A DNA stretch of 64,000 bases. Source: Planctomycetota bacterium. GTDB lineage: Bacteria; Planctomycetota; GCA-002687715; CAIWVZ01. The stretch is from contig JBGANV010000003.1 in NCBI GenBank assembly GCA_044222185.1, positions 768,001-832,000 on the forward strand. Reading direction: 5' to 3'. Of this stretch, positions 1 to 10,667 are shown one piece after another. Below the pieces are notes generated by a model. The model did not search any database, was not told where the DNA came from, and saw nothing but the letters and a program-made list of their open reading frames with translations. Every line of letters starts with the position of its first letter. The stretch's first letter is position 1. The position numbers were made by a program, and so were the translations under genes.

Positions 1-1721
1 TACTGGACCGCGACGAACGTCATTCCGTAGGAGAACGCCAGCCCGAACGGTTGCGTGGGATCGAACGCCGCCGTTTGGAAATGCCCCCACTCGCCCAGGT
101 ACGCGACGTTCGTCGGCACGTCGAAGGTGGTGTACATCGTCCCGGTCGGATCCGCCTGCTGCACGAACAACGTCAGGAACCCCGGGTCCAGGAGGAACGT
201 TCCGCCGAAGATCGGGAACGAGGCCTTCTGGGCTGAGAACCCCACGAGCCCGAGGGCATTCGGCAGGCAGTTCCGGGTGACCAGCGTGAACGGCGTCCCG
301 AGCTTCGCCCAGCCGACGGTGTCGAGGTCGAGCACGTTGACGCCACCGCTGTTCCGTCCGAAGTACCGGACCGCCGACGAGAAGAGCGTCACGCGGCCCG
401 AGTTCGTCCCGCCCAATCCGTCGACGCCGTACGCCGACACGAGATACTCGGCGCCCCCGTCTCCGTCGATGTCGCCCATGCCCGCGACGGCATATCCGAA
501 TGCGTCGCCCTGATGCGGGATGCCCAGGCCGAACTCACCGCTCGTGACGGTGATGATCGAGTAAGTCGCGGTCTCGACGAGATACGCGCGGCCGTGCCCG
601 CCCTTCTCGGTCTGGCACGCACCGAGCACGAGCTCGGGCCGACCGTCGTTGTCGATGTCGCCGGCGTTGGCGACACCGATGCCGAGCCAGTCGCGATCGG
701 CCTCACCCGTCCACGTGGTGAGCAGCCCACCGCTTGCGCCGTCGAACAGGTAGGCGCGGCCGCGGTTGTCGTCAGGGCCCATGGTCGCGAGATCGTAGCG
801 GCTCGCGCCGACGAGGACCTCGCCGTGCCCATCGCCATTCAGGTCGCCGACGCCATCCAGCGACGTCCCGAAGCGGTCGCCCGTCCCCTCGCCGTTGAAC
901 ACGTGGATCACGCCCCAGTCGAATGCGTGCCCCGTCGTCGCCGTGTGGAAGACGTAGACGCGTCCCGTGTCGACCGACGCGGGCGAGTCCGCCGTGAGCG
1001 CTCCGACGGCGAGGTCACAGAGCGCGTCTCCATCCACGTCACCCGCCTGCGAGAGCGCGTAACCGAATGCGTCGCCGACCTCGTTCATGCCGATGCTGAC
1101 GATGAACGCACGGGTCGCCCCCGAGTACACGTACACGCGGCCCGCGAGGCCGCCGAGCACCGACGGCGCGCCGACGGCGAAGTCCGGAAAGCCGTCGCCA
1201 TCCACATCGTTCATGGCCGCGAGGGAGGTGCCGAATTCGGAACCGGCGGGGCCGTCGATGGTCGCAACGAGCCCGTAGTCCTGGACGTGGCCTGGAGTCA
1301 CGCCGTGGTAGAGGTAAACGCGTCCCCCATTCGAGCTGCCGGGCTGATCCACGCCCCGGGCGCCGATCAGGATGTCCGGTCGACCATCACCTGTCACGTC
1401 GCCGATGAGGGCGCACCCAACGCCGTACTCATCGCCGACCGCCTCGCCGCTGAACGTGTGCAGCGGCGCTCCCGTGCCTGAGTAGACGTACACCTTCCCG
1501 GCGTACGGCGTCGTCCCGTTGCCGCGCGCGCCCACGAGAAAGTCGTTCCGTCCGTCGCCGTCCAGGTCGAATCCCGTCGCAAGCGAACGCCCCGCCTCGG
1601 CACCCGCGGTGTCCCCGTTCATCGTGGCGCGCGGCTGCTGGGAAACGCAAAAAGTCGACAAGACGGTCACGAGCAGACCGATCGTCGCACGGCGAGTTCG
1701 CGGACTTCGGGGGTTGGGCAT
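1..1721 (-). CDS. Secreted FG-GAP (integrin-alpha-like) 7-bladed beta-propeller protein with C-terminal beta-sandwich domain, ~573 aa; stop at or just beyond the window edge
   Basis: Translated by hand; absent from the ORF track because no stop lies in the window. ATG at 1721 with GAGGAG RBS (1730-1735). Hydrophobic signal, then seven Ca-binding repeats: DLDGDGRND, DVTGDGRPD, DVDGDGFPD, DVDGDALCD, DLNGDGHGE, DIDNDGRPE, DIDGDGGAE, each followed by a (V/I/L)(G/S)A...G(R/K)(V/A)(Y/T)-type segment. Ends ...DPTQPFGLAFSYGMTFVAVQ-TA(x). Confidence 0.9.
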   Translation of the reverse strand, partial: MPNPRSPRTRRATIGLLVTVLSTFCVSQQPRATMNGDTAGAEAGRSLATGFDLDGDGRNDFLVGARGNGTTPYAGKVYVYSGTGAPLHTFSGEAVGDEYGVGCALIGDVTGDGRPDILIGARGVDQPGSSNGGRVYLYHGVTPGHVQDYGLVATIDGPAGSEFGTSLAAMNDVDGDGFPDFAVGAPSVLGGLAGRVYVYSGATRAFIVSIGMNEVGDAFGYALSQAGDVDGDALCDLAVGALTADSPASVDTGRVYVFHTATTGHAFDWGVIHVFNGEGTGDRFGTSLDGVGDLNGDGHGEVLVGASRYDLATMGPDDNRGRAYLFDGASGGLLTTWTGEADRDWLGIGVANAGDIDNDGRPELVLGACQTEKGGHGRAYLVETATYSIITVTSGEFGLGIPHQGDAFGYAVAGMGDIDGDGGAEYLVSAYGVDGLGGTNSGRVTLFSSAVRYFGRNSGGVNVLDLDTVGWAKLGTPFTLVTRNCLPNALGLVGFSAQKASFPIFGGTFLLDPGFLTLFVQQADPTGTMYTTFDVPTNVAYLGEWGHFQTAAFDPTQPFGLAFSYGMTFVAVQ

Positions 1722-1916
1722 GAGCATCGCTCCTCGGGCGTCTGGGCTTCGGTCGCAAAACGGCGCGGACAGCATACCCGGACCTCCGCCGCCGCGCCTG
1801 CGTCCCGGTGCACGCGCCAGCTTCGCGCGCGCTCGAGCCGATTGCCGTTGACCCGCGCCCGGCGGACCCCCTAAATTCCTCGGCGACCGCCGCTTGCGGG
1901 GATCGAGGAGACTCAC

Positions 1917-3587
1917 ATGTGCCGAAGCTGGCTGCCATGGTTGTTCGTTTGCGCGGCCGTCGCGCGCGCCCAGGTGTCGGCCTACGTTCCCGACAACGCG
2001 CCGGCGCTCGGTGTCTGCAATTCGATCCCGTTCGGAGTGACCTCGCAGATCACCTACCTGGCGCGGATCCCCGCATCGAGCCTGGGGGGAGTTGCCGGAC
2101 GCCACCTCCTCGACGTTGCGTTCGCGCCCTGCGGGACCGGAACTTGGTCATCCGCGTCAGTCATCGTCGGTGTGGGCCACGTTCCCACGCCCCAGCCCTG
2201 TCCGTTCACGTTCCCGTCGTCTGGGGGAACGTCGATCGGCAGCTTTGCGGACTTCACAGTCGTGTGGGATTCGTCCGTGCGAGGGCCGCTGACCTGGAAC
2301 GCCGTCCAGGACACCTGGTCGCCGCTCGGGCTCGGAGGCACCGGCTTTCTGTGGGACGGGGTCCGAGACATCGGCTTCTTCCTCACGTCACAGGCGCCAA
2401 CCTTCGGCGCAGGCTTCTCCGGAGCGTGCCACAAGACGACGTCGGAGCCCGCGCGGACGCACAGCGCATCGTTCTGGGCGCCCGCGAGCACGCTCACGAG
2501 CTGCACCGTCGCCGCGGGCCTGAAGATGCGCCTGGACTTCGTGCCCCTCCAGGCCCAGTGGCAGGTGAACGGTCCCGGGGCGAGCCTCGACATCGACGGC
2601 GTCTCCTCCTCGCCCTACGTACAGATGGAGGTGACCTCCTGCACCAACCAGCCGCACGTCGCGAACCTCGTGAGCTCGACGACCGTGGGCAACGTGTGGA
2701 ACGTCGTGCTGACGACGGGGCCCGGCGTGCCGTTGTTCGGTGGCGGAATCCCCACCGCCGGGGGGCAGATCGTGAACGTCGATTTCGCAGACCCGTCACT
2801 CATCCTGCTGTTTCCGCCGGGAACGCCGAACGCCTTCGCCGTCGGGGCAGTCCCCCTTTCGTTCCCTCAGGCCTTCGACACGTCGGCCCAGATGTTCGTC
2901 ATGGACGCGGCCGCTGCCGACGGCTTCGACCTCTCGGCCCTCACCCGACTGCACGTCGCGACGAACGTCCAATCCCTTCCGGGGCCGACCGGCGAAGACA
3001 CCTACGTCACCGTCGGACTGGGCACGCCGCAGCTCTGCGGCAGCTCGCCCGTCAGCTTCTACGGTTCGACGTACACCCTGATGCACGTCAGCGCCAATGG
3101 ACGCGTCATGTTCGGCGCGCCGAACACGGACTACCTCCCGAGCCCGGCGCTCGCCGTGACGGAATCGAGCTGGGCCGGGCTTTGGTGCGATCTGAGCCCC
3201 ACAGCGGGCGGGGCGATCTCCATCTCGACTACACCGGCGGGCGCCGTCCGGGTGGACTACGTCGGCGTCCCATACTTCGGCGAGCCGGCGAACCCCGTGA
3301 CGTTCGCCATCGAGATCGACCCGATACTCGCCACGGTCACGATCGACGGGCTTTGGGGGGTCCCGCTGAGTTCGACCGGCCTGTTCGCCATGCTGGGCGT
3401 GTCGCCCGGCTTCCCGTTGGCGACTGATCCGGGGGCGATCAACCTCGTGCCTGGCGGACCGAGCCCGGGGCCGGCCGGCGGCGCGATGCTCTATGCACTG
3501 GGGGTACCGGGCCTCTTCACCTCAGGTCTGGCGAGCGTGGTGTTTGTCCCGAACGCCATTGGGAACTACGATTTCACCGTCTTCTGA
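1917..3587 (+). CDS. Secreted hypothetical multi-domain protein (C-terminal part nidogen/NIDO-like)
   Basis: 556-aa ORF, GAGGAG RBS, signal peptide ending ARAQ, beta-rich. The segment FYGSTYTLMHVSANGRVMFG...AGLWCDLSP resembles NIDO-like domains. Confidence 0.75.
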   Translation: MCRSWLPWLFVCAAVARAQVSAYVPDNAPALGVCNSIPFGVTSQITYLARIPASSLGGVAGRHLLDVAFAPCGTGTWSSASVIVGVGHVPTPQPCPFTFPSSGGTSIGSFADFTVVWDSSVRGPLTWNAVQDTWSPLGLGGTGFLWDGVRDIGFFLTSQAPTFGAGFSGACHKTTSEPARTHSASFWAPASTLTSCTVAAGLKMRLDFVPLQAQWQVNGPGASLDIDGVSSSPYVQMEVTSCTNQPHVANLVSSTTVGNVWNVVLTTGPGVPLFGGGIPTAGGQIVNVDFADPSLILLFPPGTPNAFAVGAVPLSFPQAFDTSAQMFVMDAAAADGFDLSALTRLHVATNVQSLPGPTGEDTYVTVGLGTPQLCGSSPVSFYGSTYTLMHVSANGRVMFGAPNTDYLPSPALAVTESSWAGLWCDLSPTAGGAISISTTPAGAVRVDYVGVPYFGEPANPVTFAIEIDPILATVTIDGLWGVPLSSTGLFAMLGVSPGFPLATDPGAINLVPGGPSPGPAGGAMLYALGVPGLFTSGLASVVFVPNAIGNYDFTVF

Positions 3588-3654
3588 CCCTCGTCTGGCC
3601 GTCCGACGTCGAACGGATTCAGACACGGGGCCGGGCGATTCGATAAGCGCCCCG

Positions 3655-3660
3655 TAGGAT
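3655..3660 (+). promoter_or_regulatory. Putative -10 element (TAGGAT) for a leaderless transcript of the Cys-rich ORF
   Basis: TAGGAT lies 6 nt upstream of the GTG at 3667 and no Shine-Dalgarno sequence is present. Confidence 0.35.
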
Positions 3661-3666
3661 GCATCG

Positions 3667-4080
3667 GTGATTCGCCAAAGCAGAGCCATCTTGCTTGCCC
3701 TGATCCTCCCGGCACTCGTGCTGCCGGACGGTGGGCTGTTCTGCCTCTGCCGCGCGTCGCTGACGCGAGCGTTCACGTCGTGCTGCCGCACCCTCGAGGC
3801 GAGGATCCCGGAGTGCTGCCGCAAGGTGTCGAAGACGCGCGACGCCTCACCACTGGCGACCGCGGCATGCAAGGGCTGCCTGAAGCTCTCGACGGGAATC
3901 AGCCAGTCGACGCACGCGGAAACGCGGGGATTCGACCTCGCGAAAGTGATGGCGCTGCCGGTGCACGCGCAGACCGAGTCGAGCACGCAGGCCTCCGCGT
4001 GGCGACTGCTGACTCCGCCGCTGCTGGATTCCGGCGGCAGGCCTCCAGGGCCCGAACGAACGCCGCCCTTGCAGATCTGA
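3667..4080 (+). CDS. Cys-rich small exported/leader protein (DUF2946/CruR/CutF-like architecture)
   Basis: N-terminal hydrophobic segment; CLC, CC, CC and CKGC motifs; Pro-rich C-terminus GGRPPGPERTPPLQI; first gene of an efflux operon. Confidence 0.65.
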   Translation: MIRQSRAILLALILPALVLPDGGLFCLCRASLTRAFTSCCRTLEARIPECCRKVSKTRDASPLATAACKGCLKLSTGISQSTHAETRGFDLAKVMALPVHAQTESSTQASAWRLLTPPLLDSGGRPPGPERTPPLQI

Positions 4081-4152
4081 GATCGACTCCATCGCCGTCG
4101 TGGACGCATTGCGTCCGGACTGATCGTTCGCGGGCTCACCGATGGAGCCGTC

Positions 4153-5565
4153 ATGGATTTCCGCCGTCTGGTCCGAGTTCTCGGGCCGGTTTCCCTGCTG
4201 TCGCTTTCCGCGTGTTCCGCTCCGGATCCCGCGCCGCTCGATGACCGCGCGCTCGTCGCGGCCGTAACCGAGCGTGCGGCCACGCCGACCGATCTCAGGA
4301 ACGCCCTGGAGATCGCCGGAACGACGTCGCTCGCGCTGCCGAGGCCCGATGCCCCGACGGCCGTCGATCGCGACGACCCCGTGTTCTGGACGGCCTGCGC
4401 CTACGCTTACGACCCTGCGACGCGCCAGGCGCGTCGTCGGCTGCAGGCGGCGATCGCGTCGGCGCGATCGGCCGGTGCTCCGGGTGCGGTCGGCGTCGAC
4501 GCCGAGCACGCGCAGAACGCGGGCGAGCGTGATACGGAGGTCGCCCTGACGTTCGACCTCCTCGGCCTTCTGGGTCTCGGCCGGTCGGCCGCCGAGGAGA
4601 ACCTGGCGAACGCCGAGGTACGCAACGCGCTTGGTGTCCTCGAAGACGCCGTCTGGCGCGCGCGCTTCAACGTCGCACGCGCGCGCCTCCGCCTTGGAGC
4701 CGCGCGTGCGCGCGTCGCTGCGTTCGAAGAACTGCTCGCGGATGCAGCGGGCGAGCGTGAGCGGATCGAGATTCTCCAGCGCAACGGACGCCTCGCGCTC
4801 GCAGACACGCAATGGGCGCGGGCCGTACTCCACCACGCTGAAGGCCTGGTCTTTCAGGCACACGCGTCCGCGGCCGACGCGCAGGCGGAGCTGGCCAAGG
4901 CTTCCGGCCTCGCCTCCGAGCACCCGGCGATCGCCGCGGTTTCGGCGCGAGCCCTCCCCTCGAACTTCGACGTCGACGCACTCGATCAGGTCCCCACGCG
5001 GGAACGCCTCCTGGCAAGCCTGCCGAGGCTGCGCATGCGCCGTCTCGAATACGCGGTCACGGAGGCGATGCTCCGACGCGAGGCCGCCGAGACGTGGCCC
5101 CAGCTGCGGATCGGGCCGAAACTGATGTTGCAGCCAGACATGACGCTCCCCGGCGGAGTCGTCGGGCTCGAACTGCCGTGGCCCGGCAGCGCCCAGGGGC
5201 GAATCGCCGCAGCCGTCGAGACGAGGTCCGCCGCGCGCGAGGCGCTCGAAGACGAGTTCCTCGCCGCCACAGCAGACGTCACGCAGGCCCGCCAACGGTT
5301 CGTCGCTCGCGTCGACGACGTCGAACACCACCTCGCGCTCGCGGATGCCACGTCGATCGCTCTTCGCGCCGGCCGCGCACGCTTCCGCGCCGACGCCGCC
5401 ATGCTGGAAAGCTGGGTCATGGCGATCGACCGTCGCATCGACGCGCAGATGAAGGTGCTCGAGTCGGAGGAAGCCGCAGCGCTCGCCCGGATCGACTTCG
5501 ACGAGGCGGTCGGGCCGAAAAACCAACCCGAAACGCGCGCGACAGACACGGAGTCACGCCCATGA
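4153..5565 (+). CDS. TolC-family outer-membrane efflux lipoprotein
   Basis: Lipobox LSAC, helical duplicated architecture, WPQLRIGP...VGLELPWPG beta segment; ATGA overlap with the adaptor gene. Confidence 0.8.
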   Translation: MDFRRLVRVLGPVSLLSLSACSAPDPAPLDDRALVAAVTERAATPTDLRNALEIAGTTSLALPRPDAPTAVDRDDPVFWTACAYAYDPATRQARRRLQAAIASARSAGAPGAVGVDAEHAQNAGERDTEVALTFDLLGLLGLGRSAAEENLANAEVRNALGVLEDAVWRARFNVARARLRLGAARARVAAFEELLADAAGERERIEILQRNGRLALADTQWARAVLHHAEGLVFQAHASAADAQAELAKASGLASEHPAIAAVSARALPSNFDVDALDQVPTRERLLASLPRLRMRRLEYAVTEAMLRREAAETWPQLRIGPKLMLQPDMTLPGGVVGLELPWPGSAQGRIAAAVETRSAAREALEDEFLAATADVTQARQRFVARVDDVEHHLALADATSIALRAGRARFRADAAMLESWVMAIDRRIDAQMKVLESEEAAALARIDFDEAVGPKNQPETRATDTESRP

Positions 5566-7085
5566 GCAACGTCCGACCCGACATCGATCTCGGCGCGCTC
5601 TCACGGACGCCGACGGCCGTCGCACCGCCGCCCCGCCGCTGGCTGCGGATCGTCGTTCCGATCCTCATCCTCGGGACGTTCGCGGCGATCCTCTTCACGA
5701 GCCTCGGCGACGTGTTCCGAAGCGCCGTGGAGGTGACCGTCATCCGGCCACGCCCCGCGGCCTCGTCCGGCGGCGCGTCCGCCTCGAGCGTCGCGTTCCA
5801 GGCGGCGGGATGGGTCGAGCCCAACCCGTACCCGACGCTCGTGACGGCGCTGACGTCGGGCGTCATCAGCGAGGTCCTCGTCCTCGAGTCGGACGCGGTC
5901 AAGGCCGGCGACCCCGTGGCGAAACTCGTCGATGCCGACGCGCGCCTCGCGCTCGAGGGGGCCGAGGCCGCACTCGCGCGTGCTTCCGCGGAACGAGCGA
6001 AGGCGGCAGTCGAGCTGACCAACGCCGACGAATCGTTCCGCGCCGCACTCGACGTGACGGAAGCCGACGCGACGGCGAAGGCGGACCTGGACGGCAAGAA
6101 GTCCGAGAGCGTCTTTCGCGCGGCCGCAGTCGTCCAAGGCGAGGCCCAGTTCCGGATCGCGCAAGAAGAGCTCGCCGTCCAACAGGAGCTGGTGCGCGCC
6201 TCCGCAGCGGGACCACGCGCCGTGGAGATCGCCGTCGCCAAGGTCGACGAAGCCCGGGGCAACCTGGAGGCGCTGCGGGGCAGCGCCGCCGCGGCGAGTG
6301 CAGAAGTGAAGAAGGCCGAAGCCCGCCTCGCGCGAACGAGTGCGGACCGACAACTCCGTCTTTCCGACCGGCTGCGCCTGGAGTCGGCGAAGACAGGTGC
6401 GGCACTGGCGGAGGCGGCAGTGCGCGAGGCCACGGTCGCGCGTGACGTCGCCGCGCTGCGGCTCGAACGAACGGTCGTCCGAGCGCCGGCGGCGGGGATC
6501 GTCCTCGAGCGGCTCGTCGCACCGGGCACCCCCGTCGGAGCTACCGACGGCGGCGGTGCGCCCGTGTGCTCGCTCTTCGATCCACGCTCGGTGCGAGTCC
6601 GCGTCGACGTGCCCCTGTCCGAGATCGGCAAGGTGCGGCCGGGACAGAGGGCAGAGATCGCAAGCGAGGCGCGCGCGGGCCGACCCTATTCGGGCGATGT
6701 GATCCGCATCGTCCAGAAGGCGGACATCCAGAAAGTGACGCTGCAGGTCCAGGTGAGGATCGACGACAGCGACGCCCTCCTGCGGCCCGAGATGCTCTGC
6801 CAGGTGCGATTCCTGGCCGACGCCGCATCGAGCCAGGCGTCGCGAGGCGCGGACGCACCGGTCGACCGCGTGCTCGTTCCCGAGAAGCTCGTGCTCGGAG
6901 GGAACGCCGTCTGGGTCGTCGACCCGATCGGACACTCGGCGCGACGTCGAACCATCGAAGTGGGAGGCCGCAACGGCGAGTGGGTCGAAGTCAGATCCGG
7001 CCTGAATCTTACGGACAAGCTGATCGACGAGGGTCGCAACCAGGTCAGCGAAGGCGCGCGCATCCGCGTGCGCGGAGGCGAGTGA
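5562..7085 (+). CDS. Efflux periplasmic adaptor (HlyD/MFP family)
   Basis: True start MSNVRPDID at 5562 (ATGA overlap). One TM, lipoyl halves (SGVISEVLVLESDAVKAGD; VRAPAAGIV), long alpha-hairpin, LRPEM motif. Confidence 0.9.
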   Translation: MSNVRPDIDLGALSRTPTAVAPPPRRWLRIVVPILILGTFAAILFTSLGDVFRSAVEVTVIRPRPAASSGGASASSVAFQAAGWVEPNPYPTLVTALTSGVISEVLVLESDAVKAGDPVAKLVDADARLALEGAEAALARASAERAKAAVELTNADESFRAALDVTEADATAKADLDGKKSESVFRAAAVVQGEAQFRIAQEELAVQQELVRASAAGPRAVEIAVAKVDEARGNLEALRGSAAAASAEVKKAEARLARTSADRQLRLSDRLRLESAKTGAALAEAAVREATVARDVAALRLERTVVRAPAAGIVLERLVAPGTPVGATDGGGAPVCSLFDPRSVRVRVDVPLSEIGKVRPGQRAEIASEARAGRPYSGDVIRIVQKADIQKVTLQVQVRIDDSDALLRPEMLCQVRFLADAASSQASRGADAPVDRVLVPEKLVLGGNAVWVVDPIGHSARRRTIEVGGRNGEWVEVRSGLNLTDKLIDEGRNQVSEGARIRVRGGE

Positions 7086-7086
7086 C

Positions 7087-7778
<692 letters not shown>

Positions 7779-7782
<4 letters not shown>

Positions 7783-8918
7783 AGCTGTTCAAGCTGATCC
7801 GGCGGAACCTGGGCCGACGGCCACTGCGGACGTTGCTCACCGTGCTCGGCGTCGCGAGCGCCATGCTCCTCCTCGTGCTCGTCGAGAGCCTGAGCCGAGG
7901 GCTGGATCACGCACTCTCCGGCACGGAGGCCGCGCGAACGCTCATCGTCTACCGCCAGAACCGGTACTGCCCGCAGACGTCGTTCCTTCCGGAGCGCTAC
8001 GCGGCGCAGATCCGCAGGGTGCCGGGCGTGGTGAGCGTGCTGCCCGTGAAGGTCTTCCTGAACAACTGCCGCGCAAGCCTCGACCTCGTGGCGTTCCAGG
8101 GCGCGCCGGTCGACGATCTCTTCACGGCGCGGAAGATCGACGTCATCCGCGGCGACGTTGCGAAGTTCCGAGACGAGCGCGATGCGGCGCTCGTCGGTCG
8201 CGCGTTCGCCGAACGAAAGAACCTGGACGTCGGCGACAAGTTCCGGTTCGGCAACATCAACGTGAAGGTGGCGGGCGTGTTCGGCTCGGCCGAGCCGATC
8301 GAAGAAGGCGTGATCCTGACCCACCTCGAGTTCCTCCAGCGCGCCGGGCCCGTGAACAAACTGGGGACCGTGACGGAGTTCGAGGTCAAAGTGAGCGACG
8401 CGTCGCAGGCGCGGGAGATCAGCCGCGCCATCGACGCCCTGTTCCGCTCGGAGGAAGCCCCGACGGATACGCGCGCGAAGGTACTCTTCCTCGAGAACGC
8501 GACGCGCGACATGCGGGAGATCCTCCGATTCGCGCGACTTCTCGGCATCGCATGCGTGCTGGTCGTGCTCGCCCTCGTCGGCAACACGGTCGTGATGTCG
8601 GTGCAAGAGCGGGTGAAGGAGTTCGGCGTGATGCGGACGTTGGGATTCGGCGAACGAAGCATCGCGTTCGTCGTTCTCGGCGAAGCGGTCCTTCTTGCGA
8701 CCTTCGGCGGCTGCGTCGGACTGGGCGCGGCTCTCGCTGTCATCCACTTCTCGCACCTCTCGATCGGCGCCGAGGGCGTGGCCGTGGCGTTCTCCACGTC
8801 GCCCGAGCTCATCATGACGGGAGTGGGCATCGCCCTCTCGACCGGCGCGCTTGCCGGCCTCATCCCGGCGATCCGCTCGTCCCGTCTCGAAATCGTCGCG
8901 TCGCTCCGGAGTGCATGA
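7779..8918 (+). CDS. ABC permease, MacB/FtsX family
   Basis: Start MKLFKLIRRNLGRRPLRTLLT (ATGA overlap); ERVKEFGVMRTLGF FtsX motif; 4 TM. Confidence 0.92.
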
Positions 8919-10102
8919 CCATGGGCCGCAGACTTCCGTTCGACTACGCGGTCCGCAATCTCGGTCGCCGGCCGCTACGCACCGTTCTTACGGGGACGTC
9001 GAGTGCCCTCGTCGCCGCGCTGCTCGTTGCGACCACCGCGTTCGTTCGAGGGCTCGAGGACACGTTCGCCGGCGCCGCACAGGCGGACACGGCCATCGTT
9101 CTGTCGAAGGTCTCCGAACGCGACGTCGTGAGGTCGACGGTCACGGCGGGCTTGCCCGAACTCGTAGCGGCCTCCGTCACGGGCGTGAAGGTCGTCGACG
9201 GAACGGCACTCGTCTCCGGCGAGATCCACATGGCGACGAACCTGCACCTCGGTCCGGCGGCGCCGCCGTCCGAGCGCGATGCCACCTACCAGGCATTCGT
9301 GCGCGGGATCACGTCGCGCGCGTTCTTGGTTCACGATGCCGTGAACATCACCGAGGGCCGCGCTCCGCGCAGCGGCGAGGTGCTGGTGGGCCGGCTCGTG
9401 GCGCAACAGCTCGGCGTGCCGGATGCGGCGCTCGCCGTCGGGCAGAAGCTGCGGTTCGAGGGCGCGACGTTCACCATCGCCGGACGCTTCGTCGCGCCCG
9501 GAACGACCATCGAGGCGGAGATCTGGACGGACCTGTCCGAGCTCCGCGGCCTGACGCGTCGCGACGACAGCTCGGCCGTGTTCGTCCGCATGGAGAAGCC
9601 CGGGGATTTCGCCGAGCTCGACCTCTTCTGCCAGCGGCGACTCGATCTCGAGATCGCCATGATGCCGACGGCGCTCTACTACCGAGAGCTCTCCGACTAC
9701 TTCGTGCCCATCCGGCGTCTCGCGTGGGCCATGGCCGCGATGATCGTCGGCGCGGCATTGTTCGGCGGGGCGAACACTCTCAACGCCGCCGTGCAGGATC
9801 GCGTGAAGGAACTGGCCACGCTTCGGGCCGTCGGCTACTCGGGACTCGCTCTCGTGCGCTCGCTCGGCCAGGAATCGATCGTCCTGGCGGCCGGTGGCGG
9901 CGTCCTCGGGCTCTTGCTCGCCCGGCTGTTCCTCGCCGGCAGCGCCGTCCGGATCGCCATGAGCGCCTTCGCGTTGAAGGTCGATGCCGTGGCGATCCTC
10001 GTTGGATTCGGCGGCGTGCTCGTCCTCGGACTTCTCGGCTCCGTACCCGCGGCGGCCCGCGTCATGCGGCTGCCGATTGCCTCGGCCCTCAAGGAAACGT
10101 AA
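8915..10102 (+). CDS. ABC permease, MacB/FtsX family (second subunit)
   Basis: ATGA overlap at 8915 (alternative ATG 8921); RNLGRRPLRT N-terminus; DRVKELATLRAVGY motif. Confidence 0.92.
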   Translation: MTMGRRLPFDYAVRNLGRRPLRTVLTGTSSALVAALLVATTAFVRGLEDTFAGAAQADTAIVLSKVSERDVVRSTVTAGLPELVAASVTGVKVVDGTALVSGEIHMATNLHLGPAAPPSERDATYQAFVRGITSRAFLVHDAVNITEGRAPRSGEVLVGRLVAQQLGVPDAALAVGQKLRFEGATFTIAGRFVAPGTTIEAEIWTDLSELRGLTRRDDSSAVFVRMEKPGDFAELDLFCQRRLDLEIAMMPTALYYRELSDYFVPIRRLAWAMAAMIVGAALFGGANTLNAAVQDRVKELATLRAVGYSGLALVRSLGQESIVLAAGGGVLGLLLARLFLAGSAVRIAMSAFALKVDAVAILVGFGGVLVLGLLGSVPAAARVMRLPIASALKET

Positions 10103-10127
10103 TTCAGAACCCCAACAGGAGAGTGAC

Positions 10128-10649
10128 ATGCGCTCGTCGTTGACCCTGGTTGCTGCCGTGTGTGCGCTCGCGTTCGTCGCTGGTTGCGGCGAGAAGTCGA
10201 AGGCGTCTGGCGCGAGCGAGGCCGCCCCGCCGAAATCCGACGTGCCCGAGAAGTTCTGGGCGGCGCAGGCCCCGGCGTCGCCCAAGAGCGTCGCCGTCGT
10301 GAAGAAGGAGTCGAAGAACGGCGACGAGGTCTCCGTCGTCGGTCGCGTCGGCGGCGCCGAGAAGGTGTTCGTCGACGGCATCGCGGCATTCACGATCGTG
10401 GACGAGGCCGCCGTCGCGTGCACCAAGGATCACTGCGAAACGCCGTGGGACTACTGCTGCGTCGATGCCAAGGAACTCACGGCGCAAACCATCACGGTCG
10501 AGTTCGTGGATGGTGACAAGCCGGTGAAGACCGGGGCCCGCGGCTTCCACGGGCTCGATTACCTCTCGACGATCGTCGTCACCGGCAAGGTCTCACGTGA
10601 CGATGCCGGCAACGTGACGGTGAGGGCCACGGCGCTCCACGTCAACTGA
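10128..10649 (+). CDS. Lipoprotein with CxxxxCxTPWDYCC motif (OB-fold-like)
   Basis: AGGAGA RBS, lipobox VAGC, CTKDHCETPWDYCC; last gene of the exporter operon. Confidence 0.85.
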   Translation: MRSSLTLVAAVCALAFVAGCGEKSKASGASEAAPPKSDVPEKFWAAQAPASPKSVAVVKKESKNGDEVSVVGRVGGAEKVFVDGIAAFTIVDEAAVACTKDHCETPWDYCCVDAKELTAQTITVEFVDGDKPVKTGARGFHGLDYLSTIVVTGKVSRDDAGNVTVRATALHVN

Positions 10650-10667
10650 ACGGACGATCGCGAGGCG

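Noticed and set aside
513-1481. 322-aa plus-strand ORF
   Set aside because: Antisense shadow of the FG-GAP gene on the minus strand.
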